DNA of 64,000 nt from Myxococcota bacterium (GCA_965247115.1 CBDFGR010000003.1:864001-928000), one strand, 5' to 3'; numbered from the stretch's first letter, positions 9,398 through 18,526 are shown. Notes: a model not told the origin generated them from the sequence alone. A program made the numbers and translations.

Positions 9398-9823
9398 GGT
9401 TCAGACCTGGTAGATGGTTGACGTTTCAGACTCGAAACATCCGTGACACTCTTCTTGCTGTGGTTAGCAAAGGAGGAGCGATGCCCTGGGCGGAGACATC
9501 AGCCATGGAAGGACATGTGCGATTCAATCGGTTCCGGCATATCTACAACGAGGAATGGCCACACGAAGCCCTCGGCCAGGTCCCTCCTGAAAAGACGTGG
9601 CGCCCCTCGGCTCGAGCGTTTCCGAGCAGATCCCTCTTCCGGAGTATCCCGAACACTATGAGAAGCGATGTATCTCCATAGGAGGGACCTTCGCAATGCA
9701 GGCCAGCCGAACTGGTCGTTACAACGAGGAAGAGCGGAAAGTCTTCGGGTAAGACCGGGCTCCTACGAGCCCGTATCTCGAAGCTAAGGACATCAAAGGA
9801 AACAGAGAAGAAGGCCGAGTGTT
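9392..9823 (+). pseudogene. Internally deleted IS481-family element relic
   Basis: Begins TGTCAAGG; SD AAGGAGG then MPWAETSAME fused directly to the integrase-core end FNRFRHIYNEEWPHEALGQVPPEKTWRPSARAFP; catalytic core absent; 3' segment shared with relic at 56.6 kb. Confidence 0.7.
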
Positions 9824-10210
9824 GGCGTCGGTCGAACGTCGGATCCTGCGTCTGCGGGAATGCCGTTCGTCGGATTCAAGGTTGCCGACCAAAGCTTTGA
9901 GTGGCTGTTTCCGGGCTGTTAGGAGCGAGCGGTTCAGTTGCTCTTCTGGTGAGCCGGCCATCGGTACGCGTGGGGAGAGTTGCCCTCAGATCCTCGCTGG
10001 AACGAGGTTCTGCTGCTTATCAACCATCCGACAGCGCACCGGGAGTAGCCGTGAAGCAGGGGCTCAGCTAGCTCCGACTTCTTGTGCTCCTCTGGAATGA
10101 CCACGGGAGCTGCGGAAGCGGCCGCGCCAGGTAGGAACAGTGCTGCAGCCCGCGCCTTGGGGGGGAGTCGCCTACATCGGTAACAGAGCAGTCCTGTAGG
10201 GCGCAGCGGG

Positions 10211-10897
10211 TCAAGGGGCCTTCATCTGCTGGAGTACGGGGCCCAGCACCTTCCAGACGTTGTCCGCGATCGTGCGGTGGCCGGCTGCGTTCGGGTGAAT
10301 GCCGTCGACCTGGTTGAGCTCCGGGACGGCGGCGACACCGTCCAGGAGGACGGGGATGAATGCGGCGCGGTTCTCGAGGGCGAGATCTGCGAAGACGCGC
10401 GCGAACGCGTCCGCATAGGCATCCCCCAGGTTCGGTGCTGCGCGCATTCCGGCGATCACAATCCGGGTCTCCCCATTCTCCGAGAGCGTGCGATCGATGA
10501 TTTCTTGCAGATTCGCATGCATCGCCGCGAGGTCCTGGCCGCGCAGCATGTCGTTCGCCCCGAGCTCCAGGACCAGTACGCCGACAGGCTGGCGGAGCAG
10601 CCAGTCGATGCGTCGCAGTCCGCCCGCGGAGGTGTCGCCACTCACGCCGGCGTTGATCACGCGGAAACCCAGCACCTCCTCGTCGACCCTCTGCTGGATC
10701 AACGCGGGGAAGGACTGATCGGAGGGAACTCCCAGACCTGCAGTGAGGCTGGTCCCGAGGAAGGCAACGACCGGCCGAGTGTCTCTCGGCTCCGACGCCA
10801 CTGGCAGGGCGGGTGCAGGGTCGGCGCGTGGCGCTGCGGGCTCGCACGCCACTGTCATTGCCAGGAGGGGAGCGTACAGTAAGAGCCTCGTGAGCAT
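10211..10897 (-). CDS. tesA: Arylesterase / SGNH hydrolase lipoprotein (TesA-like)
   Basis: FLGTSLTAG (GDSL variant), NAGVSGDTS, ELGAND, DGIHPN; divergent from a ybbA/ybbP-like pair. Confidence 0.85.
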   Translation of the reverse strand: MLTRLLLYAPLLAMTVACEPAAPRADPAPALPVASEPRDTRPVVAFLGTSLTAGLGVPSDQSFPALIQQRVDEEVLGFRVINAGVSGDTSAGGLRRIDWLLRQPVGVLVLELGANDMLRGQDLAAMHANLQEIIDRTLSENGETRIVIAGMRAAPNLGDAYADAFARVFADLALENRAAFIPVLLDGVAAVPELNQVDGIHPNAAGHRTIADNVWKVLGPVLQQMKAP

Positions 10898-11576
10898 GAT
10901 CGTTGCGAAGGACCTCGAGCAGACGTATCTGAGTGGCGGCCGACCCTTGACCGTCCTCCGCGACGTCAACCTTTCGATCGAGCACCGGGAAGTCGTTGCC
11001 ATTGTCGGGCCCTCCGGCAGTGGGAAGACCACGCTGCTGGGTCTCTTCGCCGGCCTCGACCTGCCCTCGGCCGGAAGCGTGACCCTAGACGGACAGAACC
11101 TGAGCGAGCTCTCCGAGGATGAACGTGCACTCTTGCGAGCCCAGAGCGTAGGCTTCGTCTTCCAGAGTTTCCAGCTGATCCCGACGCTCACTGCTCTCGA
11201 AAATGTGCTCGTCCCGCTGGAGCTGCTCCCAGGCGGAGTCTCGGGCGGCGAGGACCGCGCGGCCGAGCTGCTGGAACGCGTTGGGCTCGGTGCCCGGTTC
11301 GATCACTACCCCGCTCAGCTCTCGGGCGGCGAGCAGCAGCGCGTCGGACTCGCGCGCGCGTTCGCGAACGATCCCGCAATTCTCTTTGCCGACGAGCCGA
11401 CCGGAAACCTGGACGCTGACACGGGGCGCCATGTGATCGAGCTATTGCTCGAGCTCAATCGAGAGAGCGGGACCACGCTCGTTCTCGTCACGCATGACTT
11501 CGACCTGGCGTCGAGGTCGCAACGTACCGTGCGTCTGTCGGGCGGACGCGTGATCAGCGACGAGAAGTCCGGTTGA
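10896..11576 (+). CDS. ABC transporter ATP-binding protein (YbbA/LolD-like)
   Basis: Walker A GPSGSGKT, LSGGEQQR, FADEPTGNLD, VTHD. Confidence 0.92.
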   Translation: MIVAKDLEQTYLSGGRPLTVLRDVNLSIEHREVVAIVGPSGSGKTTLLGLFAGLDLPSAGSVTLDGQNLSELSEDERALLRAQSVGFVFQSFQLIPTLTALENVLVPLELLPGGVSGGEDRAAELLERVGLGARFDHYPAQLSGGEQQRVGLARAFANDPAILFADEPTGNLDADTGRHVIELLLELNRESGTTLVLVTHDFDLASRSQRTVRLSGGRVISDEKSG

Positions 11577-14125
11577 GCCTTCGCTTCTCGCTGGCCATGG
11601 CCCGGCGCGAGAGTCGGGCAACGCGTCGACGGCTGGTACTCTATATGGGCTCGATTGTCGCCGGCGTCGCAGCGCTGGTCGCGATCAGCTCGTTTCGATC
11701 CAGCGTCGACGCGGGAGTACACGCCCAATCCCGCTCGCTCCTAGGCGCGGACTTGCAGCTCTCCAGCCGCTCCCCGTTTGGAGCAGAGCTCGAGCCGCTC
11801 TTTGCTGCACTCGAGCGCATTGGCAGCCGCCCCGCCTACGTCACGCGCTTCTCCTCGATGGCGCTGGCGGAGCCCTCCCAGCGAACGCGGATGGTCTACG
11901 TCCAGGCCGTCTCCGAGGGATATCCCTACTACGGCGAGATCGTGACGGAGCCCGCGGACCTGTGGGAAGGGTTCCGATCCTCGCGCCGGGTCCTGGTCGA
12001 TCCCGCGGCACTGATCCAGCTGGATGCCAACGTCGGTGACACGCTCGCAATCGGCGCTACGCGCTTCGAGATCGCAGGCACGATTGCTCGTGCACCCGGT
12101 GATGTCGCAGTGCGCGAGGCCATCGCGCCAAGGGTCGTCATCCCGTCTACCTACCTGGAGGAGACAGGCCTGCTGCGCACAGGCAGCCTGGTGCTCTACT
12201 CCGCCTACTTCCGCGTTCCCGACGCTGCGGCGCTCGAGCTGCTACTCGCGGATCACGAGGAGCTCCTCCGCAACCGACGCGTGCGCCACGAGACGGTCAC
12301 GGAGTACGCCAACGAGCTGAGTGCCAGCATCGGGCGCCTGGCCAGCTTCCTTGGCCTGGTCGGACTCGTCGCCCTGCTTCTCGGCGGAGTGGGCGTCGCC
12401 ACAGGGGTACACGTGTTCGCGACAGAGAAGCTGGACACTGCAGCCGTTCTGCGCTGCCTCGGCGCCCGCCAGACCCAGGTGTTCTCGATCTACGTCCTCC
12501 AGGCCGGCGCACTCGGCCTGATCGGAAGTGTTCTGGGAACCGCGCTGGGCCTCGGCGTGCAGGCCGCCCTGCCCTTCATCCTGCGCGACTTCCTGCCACT
12601 GGACGTGCGTTTCCGCGTGGATCCGGCCGCAGTGGCAGCGGGTCTCACACTGGGATTGTGGGTCGCACTGCTCTTCTCGGTCCTGCCCCTGCTCCAGATC
12701 AGAGGCGTCGCGCCCCTGCGCGCGTTGCGCCGAGACTTCGAGCAGGGGCCGAGCCGGCGGGATCCCTGGCAGCGCGCGCTCCTCGGCGCGATGGTCGTGA
12801 GCCTCGTCGTGATCTCGCTGTGGCAGGCGCCCAGCCCGATCATCGGCCTCTGGTTCGCGGGTGGCCTGGCCGCCTCCATACTCTTGCTCGGCCTGGCCGC
12901 CGCGGTCTTCATGCGGAGCACGCGGCGCTTCTTCCCCCGGCGTGCCCCCTACTGGATGCGGCAGGGCGTTGCGAACCTGTTTCGTCCGCAGAACCAGACG
13001 CTCGCCGTCACTCTCGCGCTGGGCCTCGGCGTTTTCCTGATCGCGGCGCTCCACGTGGTGCAGCGAAACCTTCTGCACCAGCTCAGCGTCGATCGCGGGC
13101 CCGGCCGACCCAACCTGGCAACCTTCGACATACAGCTCGATCAGCAGGCGGGGGTTGCTGCGCTGCTCCGGGAGCACGGGGCGGAGGTCCTGGAGCAGAC
13201 CCCAATCGTGCCGGCTCGAATCTCGCGCCTTCGCGGGACGCCGGTGGACACCCTCCTCGCGGGCGACTCCCGCGACCGCGGCTACCGCTGGGCGCTGCGA
13301 CGGGAGTACCGCCTGACGTATCGGGCGGAGATACGCGAATCGGAACGCCTGATCGACGGCGAGTGGTGGCGACCGGAGTCCAGACGGGAGACCGGTGTGC
13401 ATCGGATCTCGTTCGAGCGGGACCTCGCCTCGGATCTCGGTGTCGGAGTGGGGGATCGGATCAGCTGGGACATCCAGGGGGTCAACGTGGAGACGGAGGT
13501 CGTCAATCTTCGAACGGTGGACTGGGCCCGCTTCGAGACGAACTTCTTCGCGGTCTTTGAGCCGGGCGTGCTCGAGACAGCTCCGCAGAGCCTCGTGATC
13601 CTGGCGCGGATGGAGGGCGCGAACGCCCGCGCGCTGCTTCAACGCGATCTCGTCGCGCGCTTTCCCAACATCTCCGTGCTCGACGCCACCATGATGCTGC
13701 AAGCCATCGACGGCATCCTGGAAAAGGTCGCATTCGCCATTCGCTTCATGGCACTGTTCGCGATCGCGAGCGGCGTGGTGATTCTGGTGGGAACGATCTC
13801 GACCTCTCGCTACCAGCGGGCGCGAGAGTCCGTGCTTCTTCGCACTCTGGGCGGCCAGGCGAGCACGCTGCGGCGCATCCTCGGCACGGAGTACTTCGCA
13901 CTGGGCGTCCTTTCCGGCCTGGTCGGCGTGCTCTTGGCCTGCGTGGCCGGCTGGGCCTTGATGCGCTTCCTGTTCGAGCAGAACGCGGTCATTCCCGTGA
14001 CGGACCTTGCTCTGCTCATGGCCGCGGCTGCGATCGCCAGTGCCGGAATCGGGCTGTTCCAGGGCCGCGATGCGCTGCGGCGCACACCTCTCGCCGGCCT
14101 GCGGGAGGTGGCGGGGCCGCGGTGA
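11573..14125 (+). CDS. ABC transporter permease (YbbP/FtsX-like)
   Basis: 850 aa, two 4-TM permease halves, LLGADL, FDIQ, RTVDWARFETNFF. Confidence 0.88.
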   Translation: MSLRFSLAMARRESRATRRRLVLYMGSIVAGVAALVAISSFRSSVDAGVHAQSRSLLGADLQLSSRSPFGAELEPLFAALERIGSRPAYVTRFSSMALAEPSQRTRMVYVQAVSEGYPYYGEIVTEPADLWEGFRSSRRVLVDPAALIQLDANVGDTLAIGATRFEIAGTIARAPGDVAVREAIAPRVVIPSTYLEETGLLRTGSLVLYSAYFRVPDAAALELLLADHEELLRNRRVRHETVTEYANELSASIGRLASFLGLVGLVALLLGGVGVATGVHVFATEKLDTAAVLRCLGARQTQVFSIYVLQAGALGLIGSVLGTALGLGVQAALPFILRDFLPLDVRFRVDPAAVAAGLTLGLWVALLFSVLPLLQIRGVAPLRALRRDFEQGPSRRDPWQRALLGAMVVSLVVISLWQAPSPIIGLWFAGGLAASILLLGLAAAVFMRSTRRFFPRRAPYWMRQGVANLFRPQNQTLAVTLALGLGVFLIAALHVVQRNLLHQLSVDRGPGRPNLATFDIQLDQQAGVAALLREHGAEVLEQTPIVPARISRLRGTPVDTLLAGDSRDRGYRWALRREYRLTYRAEIRESERLIDGEWWRPESRRETGVHRISFERDLASDLGVGVGDRISWDIQGVNVETEVVNLRTVDWARFETNFFAVFEPGVLETAPQSLVILARMEGANARALLQRDLVARFPNISVLDATMMLQAIDGILEKVAFAIRFMALFAIASGVVILVGTISTSRYQRARESVLLRTLGGQASTLRRILGTEYFALGVLSGLVGVLLACVAGWALMRFLFEQNAVIPVTDLALLMAAAAIASAGIGLFQGRDALRRTPLAGLREVAGPR

Positions 14126-14228
14126 CCGGGCGAAGCCGAGAGAAGCTCCGGAGGAGATCCGTACCCAGGTTCGGTTTCCTGGCTCGTTTCGTGCGCACGC
14201 GGATGCGGGATCTGGGACAATCGGGAGC

Positions 14229-14657
14229 ATGAGTAGAAACAACCCGATTCGAATCCGCGGGATCGATCACGTGGTGCTGCGGGTCAGCGACCTCGAGCGA
14301 TCCCTTCACTTTTATACGGAGATTCTCGACGCGCGGGAGGAGCGCCGCGTGTCGAACCTGGGACTCGTGCAGCTCCGCGCTGGCGAGCAACTCATCGACC
14401 TGGTGCCGCTAGACGGCCGGCTCGGCCAGAGCGGCGGACGCGGACCCGAGGCCGAGGGCCGCAATGTCGACCATTTCGCCCTGCGCCTCGAGAGCTTCGA
14501 CGAGACAAACCTGCGGGCGCACCTCGAGAAGCACGACATCGACCCAGGAGAGGTCCACTCCCGGTACGGCGCCGACGGCTTCGGGCCGTCGATGTACGTC
14601 AAGGATCCCGACGGGAACGTGGTCGAGCTGAAGGGCCCGCCCGCCCCGCGAGACTGA
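14229..14657 (+). CDS. VOC/glyoxalase family protein
   Basis: IDHVVLRVSDLERSLHFY, NVDHFAL, YVKDPDGNVVELK. Confidence 0.9.
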   Translation: MSRNNPIRIRGIDHVVLRVSDLERSLHFYTEILDAREERRVSNLGLVQLRAGEQLIDLVPLDGRLGQSGGRGPEAEGRNVDHFALRLESFDETNLRAHLEKHDIDPGEVHSRYGADGFGPSMYVKDPDGNVVELKGPPAPRD

Positions 14658-14678
14658 CGCGTCCGGGAGCCAGGGACC

Positions 14679-15383
14679 GTGTGCGGTCGCTACACGCTCT
14701 ATACCGAGAAGGAGGTGCTCGCGCGGAGGTTCGAGGTCGAGATCGCCGAGCTCTCCCCCAGCTACAACGTCGCACCGACTCAATCGGTCATCAGCGTCAC
14801 CGTCGAGAAGGAGGCGCGCCGGGCTGGGGCCATGCGCTGGGGACTGATCCCGTTCTGGGCAAAGGACGAGACGAAGCTCCCGCAGATGATCAACGCCCGC
14901 GTCGAGAGCGTGGCGACGCGCCCTGCCTACCGCGACGCGTTCCGGCGCCGCCGCTGCCTGATCCTGGCGGACGGGTTCTACGAGTGGCAGCGCGGTCTGG
15001 GCGCGGGCAAACGAAAGATCCCGCACTGGATCTCCCGTGAAGACGGCGGCCCGTTCTCGATGGCCGGCATCTGGTCGGTCTGGAGGCGGCCGGACCTGGA
15101 GCGGACGTGGGTGCGAAGCTGCGCGATCCTCACCGCTGCCGCGAACGCTGCTGTAGCCGAGCTGCACGACAGGATGCCCATCATCCTCTCCCCCGAAGCC
15201 GAGTCTGCCTGGCTCGATCCGGCGCTCGATGGCGACGCCTCGGAGCTCACGAAGCTCCTGGTTCCGGTCGCTCCGGAGCAGCTGCAGTCGCGACCGGTCT
15301 CCACTCGAGTGAACTCCGCCGCCAACGACGACCCGAGTCTGATCGAGTTCTGCGACGAGGACCCGCAGCTCGGCTTCTTCTGA
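14679..15383 (+). CDS. SOS response-associated peptidase (SRAP, YedK/HMCES-like abasic-site protein)
   Basis: N-terminal (M)CGRY, YNVAPT, MRWGLIP, INARVES, DGFYEW, HDRMP. Confidence 0.93.
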   Translation: MCGRYTLYTEKEVLARRFEVEIAELSPSYNVAPTQSVISVTVEKEARRAGAMRWGLIPFWAKDETKLPQMINARVESVATRPAYRDAFRRRRCLILADGFYEWQRGLGAGKRKIPHWISREDGGPFSMAGIWSVWRRPDLERTWVRSCAILTAAANAAVAELHDRMPIILSPEAESAWLDPALDGDASELTKLLVPVAPEQLQSRPVSTRVNSAANDDPSLIEFCDEDPQLGFF

Positions 15384-15390
15384 GCCGCTC

Positions 15391-16380
15391 TCAGGACTCG
15401 CGCCTCACCTGCAGGATGACCTTGCCGAAGTGTGAGCTCTGCTGGAGGACGTCGTGCGCCGCCTGGGCCTCGGACAGAGGCAGCACGCGATCGACGCTCG
15501 GCCGGATGCTGCCCTTGGCAAGCGCGTCACCAAAGCGTCCCAGGAACGCCTTCACGATCTCGGCCTTCTCCTCCACGGGTCGTGCGCGCAGGGTGGAGCC
15601 GTGCAGGCTGACTCGCTTCGCCATCAGCAGTCCGAGATTGATCTCCGCTTTGGCCCCGCCCATGAGTCCCATCAGGACGAGCCGGCCGCCGATGGCCAGA
15701 CAGGTCAGGTGCTGGGCCAAATAGGGAGCGCCGATCGAGTCGAGAATCACATCCACCCCGCGGCCTTCCGTCGCATCCAGCACCTTCTGGGCGAACTCTC
15801 CCTCGTTGTAGTTGAGGGCGAGGTCCGCTCCCAGCTCGAGACAACGGCCGCACTTCTCGTCGCTACCGGCGGTGACCACCGTCCGCACTCCGGCCTCGCG
15901 TAGCAGCTGGATCGCCGCGGTGCCGATGCCGCTCCCCCCACCATGGACCAGTGCCCAGCCTCCCGCCGGCGCCTTTGCGAGCTGGAAGAGGTTCAGAGAA
16001 CAGGTCAGGAATACCTCCGGCAGGCCAGCAGAGTGCGTAAGCGACTGGTCTGCCGGAATCGAGATCAGCGAGCCGGCATGGGCGATGGCCTGCTCAGCGT
16101 AGCCCCCACCGGAAAGTAGCGCGGCGACCCGATCTCCTACCTTGTAGCCACTCACGCCGCCTCCAACCTCGGAGATCAGCCCGGCGCACTCGAGTCCGAG
16201 AATGGTCGATGCCCCTGGAGGTGGCGGGTAGAGGCCGCGGCGCTGCATCAGGTCCGCGCGGTTGACCGCGCTCGCCACCACATCGATCCGCACCTCATTC
16301 GCTGCGAGCTCGGGTGCTGGTACCTCGCCGAGCTGCAAGCGCGCCTCTTCGCCCTTCCCGATGACTTCGATTGCTTTCAT
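15391..16380 (-). CDS. NAD(P)H-quinone oxidoreductase (PIG3/zeta-crystallin family)
   Basis: VNRADLMQRRGLYPPPPGAS.ILGLEC, HGGGSGIG, GSTLRARP; start at ATG 16380. Confidence 0.9.
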   Translation of the reverse strand: MKAIEVIGKGEEARLQLGEVPAPELAANEVRIDVVASAVNRADLMQRRGLYPPPPGASTILGLECAGLISEVGGGVSGYKVGDRVAALLSGGGYAEQAIAHAGSLISIPADQSLTHSAGLPEVFLTCSLNLFQLAKAPAGGWALVHGGGSGIGTAAIQLLREAGVRTVVTAGSDEKCGRCLELGADLALNYNEGEFAQKVLDATEGRGVDVILDSIGAPYLAQHLTCLAIGGRLVLMGLMGGAKAEINLGLLMAKRVSLHGSTLRARPVEEKAEIVKAFLGRFGDALAKGSIRPSVDRVLPLSEAQAAHDVLQQSSHFGKVILQVRRES

Positions 16381-16388
16381 CTCTCCCT

Positions 16389-16476
16389 GTGGGACCCGGC
16401 CGCGGGCGTCCGCGGCCACCCACCTCCGCTCAGGCCCAGGCCCTTCGCTGCGCGCGCCGCGTTCGCGGCGCTTGCA
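16389..16476 (+). repeat. REP-like palindromic repeat, module type A
   Basis: GTGGGACCCGG...CCACCCACCTCCGCTCAGGCC...CCTTCGCTGCGCGCGCCGCGTT...CGCTTGCA; matches 18406 and 52914-53025 (reverse). Confidence 0.8.
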
Positions 16477-16672
16477 GGTTGCCAAGCCCCGTTGGGGGTT
16501 GCCGGTTCTCTACGGAATCTGAACTTGGGGACGGTCCTTAGTCTTGACTTCTTTCGCTCTGGTCTACGGCGCTTGCTCACCTTTTGACATTGGATTTGCA
16601 GAGTACGCGTGCGGGGACAGGGGCGCCAGCGCGGTACGCGGAGGGGCGGGGTGCTGGCTATGCTCGCAGGTG

Positions 16673-17059
16673 ATGTCTGGCGCGTGCCGACGTGAGTCCT
16701 CCGTCAGCCTGCGGATCCGTTTCGTGGAGGGGGAGCGGCCTCACTTGTTCTGGGTCAGCGCAGGGGCCGCGCTCGGAGACCACGTCCGCTACAAGATTCT
16801 GTCGAAGCGACGCTCGGACAGCTCGATCGAAGTGATCGTCATCGAGGAAGGGAGCGGCCAGACACGGCGTTGCCTCAGGCGCGAAGACATTCCCGCCAGC
16901 ACGCCAGCGGGGTGGTTGTCGCGCTGGGTATCCGAGCTCGCGAGCTCGCTGGGAATTCGCTTTCACTGCTTCGATCTCCGTGAGATCGAGAATGAGGCCG
17001 AATGGCGGGAGAGGGCGGAGCAGCTGGGTTGGACGCGTGGCGAGCGAGTCGATCGCTGA
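16673..17059 (+). CDS. Hypothetical protein
   Basis: Protein-like composition (LRIRFVEGERPHLFWVS...FDLREIENEAEW); start uncertain (GTG 16670/ATG 16673). Confidence 0.55.
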   Translation: MSGACRRESSVSLRIRFVEGERPHLFWVSAGAALGDHVRYKILSKRRSDSSIEVIVIEEGSGQTRRCLRREDIPASTPAGWLSRWVSELASSLGIRFHCFDLREIENEAEWRERAEQLGWTRGERVDR

Positions 17060-17398
17060 CGCCGGCGACCGAGTCCCCGAAACGGGATTTCTCTGAATCG
17101 GGACCGTCTGCGGCTCCAGCCCACCGACACACTTCGGTGATTCTAGCCAGAGCACGCGTCGCTCGGAGGGGTTCTGCGCCGCCGCAGGCGTGCAGAGGGT
17201 GAGTTGAAGGCTAGCAGCAGGCTAGCAGATACGTGCAACTGGGTTTCGGATTGGGGACTGGTCCCGTTCGCACGAGGCGTGGCAGGACGTACGCAGCGTC
17301 GGCCGTACGCTGCGACCGCCCCTTCTGATTCAAGTCTGCCCTGCGGGCCGAGGAGGAAGCGGAACGAGTCGGCATGCCTCTTGAAACACATCCAGGCA

Positions 17399-18388
17399 AT
17401 GGGAACCCCCCGGCCCGAGGGCGCGGACGTCCCCGGCGACGAGCGCGACCCGTTTCGAGATCTCGACGTCCTGGACGAGCTTCGGAAGACCACCTTCGAG
17501 GGCATCGGTGCGGAATACGGCCTAGGAATCCTGTACGGGATCGGAATGACCCGAGGCCTGGTGGACGGCATGCGCGTGATGCGACGCCTGAGCTCCGGAG
17601 CACTCAGCGTCCCGCAGTTTCCTGGCTCCCTTATCCCCATGGTGTTCACCATTTGCAGTGGTGACCTCGAGGCGCGCTTCCGTGGCACCCTCGATGGCTG
17701 CTCCGAGGCACGTCTGCACCGGGATACTTTTGACGCTTCCGAAGATCCGATCTGTTTCGTAACTGCGGGCTACTCCGCGGGGTGGTACTCGGCCCTGCTC
17801 GGGAGGGACGTACTTGTACGGGAGACGGAGTGTACGGCCTGCGGCAGCTCCCGCTGCCAGTTCGAAGCGCGCCCCGTTCAGGACTGGATCGACAGCTCGG
17901 ATCCGTGGGCACAAGGACTCCTCCCGTACCTCGATTTCAAGCGCATGCAACAGCAGGCCCGAGAGCACGTGAGTCAGCTCGAAGAGCTCGACGACAGCAG
18001 CATGATGGGAGGCTTCGACCCGATGTCCCCCGCCGTGCACGTATGGGGTCCGGTGATGGTGCTGCCCTATTCCGGCTTCCAAGATTCCGACGCCGCGATC
18101 GAGGCGATCCAGGCCGACGTCGGCCGCATGCACATCGAGGTCGTCGTGGTCGACGTGACCGGCGCGCGGATCGACGCCATCGAAGCTTCGGGCCTGGTTC
18201 AACTCGTGAACCAGCTCGAGGCACAGAGGATCGAGACGATTCTCGTGGGCCTGAGCCCTTCGGCGCGCTACTACATCCCCGCCGGCACGAGCCCGGGGAC
18301 ACCTCTCCACTCGCGCGACATCTCCGCCGGGATCGCGCTCGCGTTCCAGGTGTGCGGCGCCGCCCGATCCATCGGCGAGGTCGGCTGA
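17399..18388 (+). CDS. V4R-domain protein with C-terminal RsbR-like STAS domain
   Basis: V4R: PICFVTAGYSAGW...VRETECTACGSSRCQFEA; STAS-like: PAVHVWGPVMVLP...VVVDVTGA...ETILVGLSP. Confidence 0.7.
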   Translation: MGTPRPEGADVPGDERDPFRDLDVLDELRKTTFEGIGAEYGLGILYGIGMTRGLVDGMRVMRRLSSGALSVPQFPGSLIPMVFTICSGDLEARFRGTLDGCSEARLHRDTFDASEDPICFVTAGYSAGWYSALLGRDVLVRETECTACGSSRCQFEARPVQDWIDSSDPWAQGLLPYLDFKRMQQQAREHVSQLEELDDSSMMGGFDPMSPAVHVWGPVMVLPYSGFQDSDAAIEAIQADVGRMHIEVVVVDVTGARIDAIEASGLVQLVNQLEAQRIETILVGLSPSARYYIPAGTSPGTPLHSRDISAGIALAFQVCGAARSIGEVG

Positions 18389-18405
18389 GGGCTCAACTCC
18401 CTGTC

Positions 18406-18526
18406 GCGGGACCCGGCGCGCGAGCAGTCCTCCCGCGGGTCAGCGACCCGCGGGCCGCTGACGACCACCCGCCTCCGCTCAGGCTTTGCAGCCTTCGCTG
18501 CGCGCGCCGCTACGCTGGCGCTTGCA
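18406..18526 (+). repeat. REP-like palindromic repeat, type A with internal hairpin insert
   Basis: GCGGGACCCGGCGCGCG + CCCGCGGGTCAGCGACCCGCGGG hairpin + CTCCGCTCAGGC...CCTTCGCTGCGCGCGCCGC...CTTGCA; lies between convergent genes. Confidence 0.8.

Noticed and set aside
10020..10028. TCAACCATC as the right inverted repeat of the IS481 relic (matches GATGGTTGA near 9413)
   Set aside because: Only 9 bp with no terminal ACA in register; comparison with copy 2 places the IS right end near 9823 instead.
9824..10130. Coding gene in the filler regions next to the IS relics (also 55532-55777 and 56766-56960)
   Set aside because: Only short ORFs without recognisable motifs; may be decayed gene fragments but cannot be supported.
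12242..14242. 666-aa minus-strand ORF and similar long antisense ORFs (6032-7702, 31290-32756, 47874-49340, 61276-63021)
   Set aside because: Shadow or alternate frames of well-supported genes, expected in high-GC DNA, with no recognisable motifs.
17060..17398. tRNA or known ncRNA in the long intergenic region
   Set aside because: No cloverleaf or known motif recognised by eye; an Infernal/tRNAscan search would be needed.
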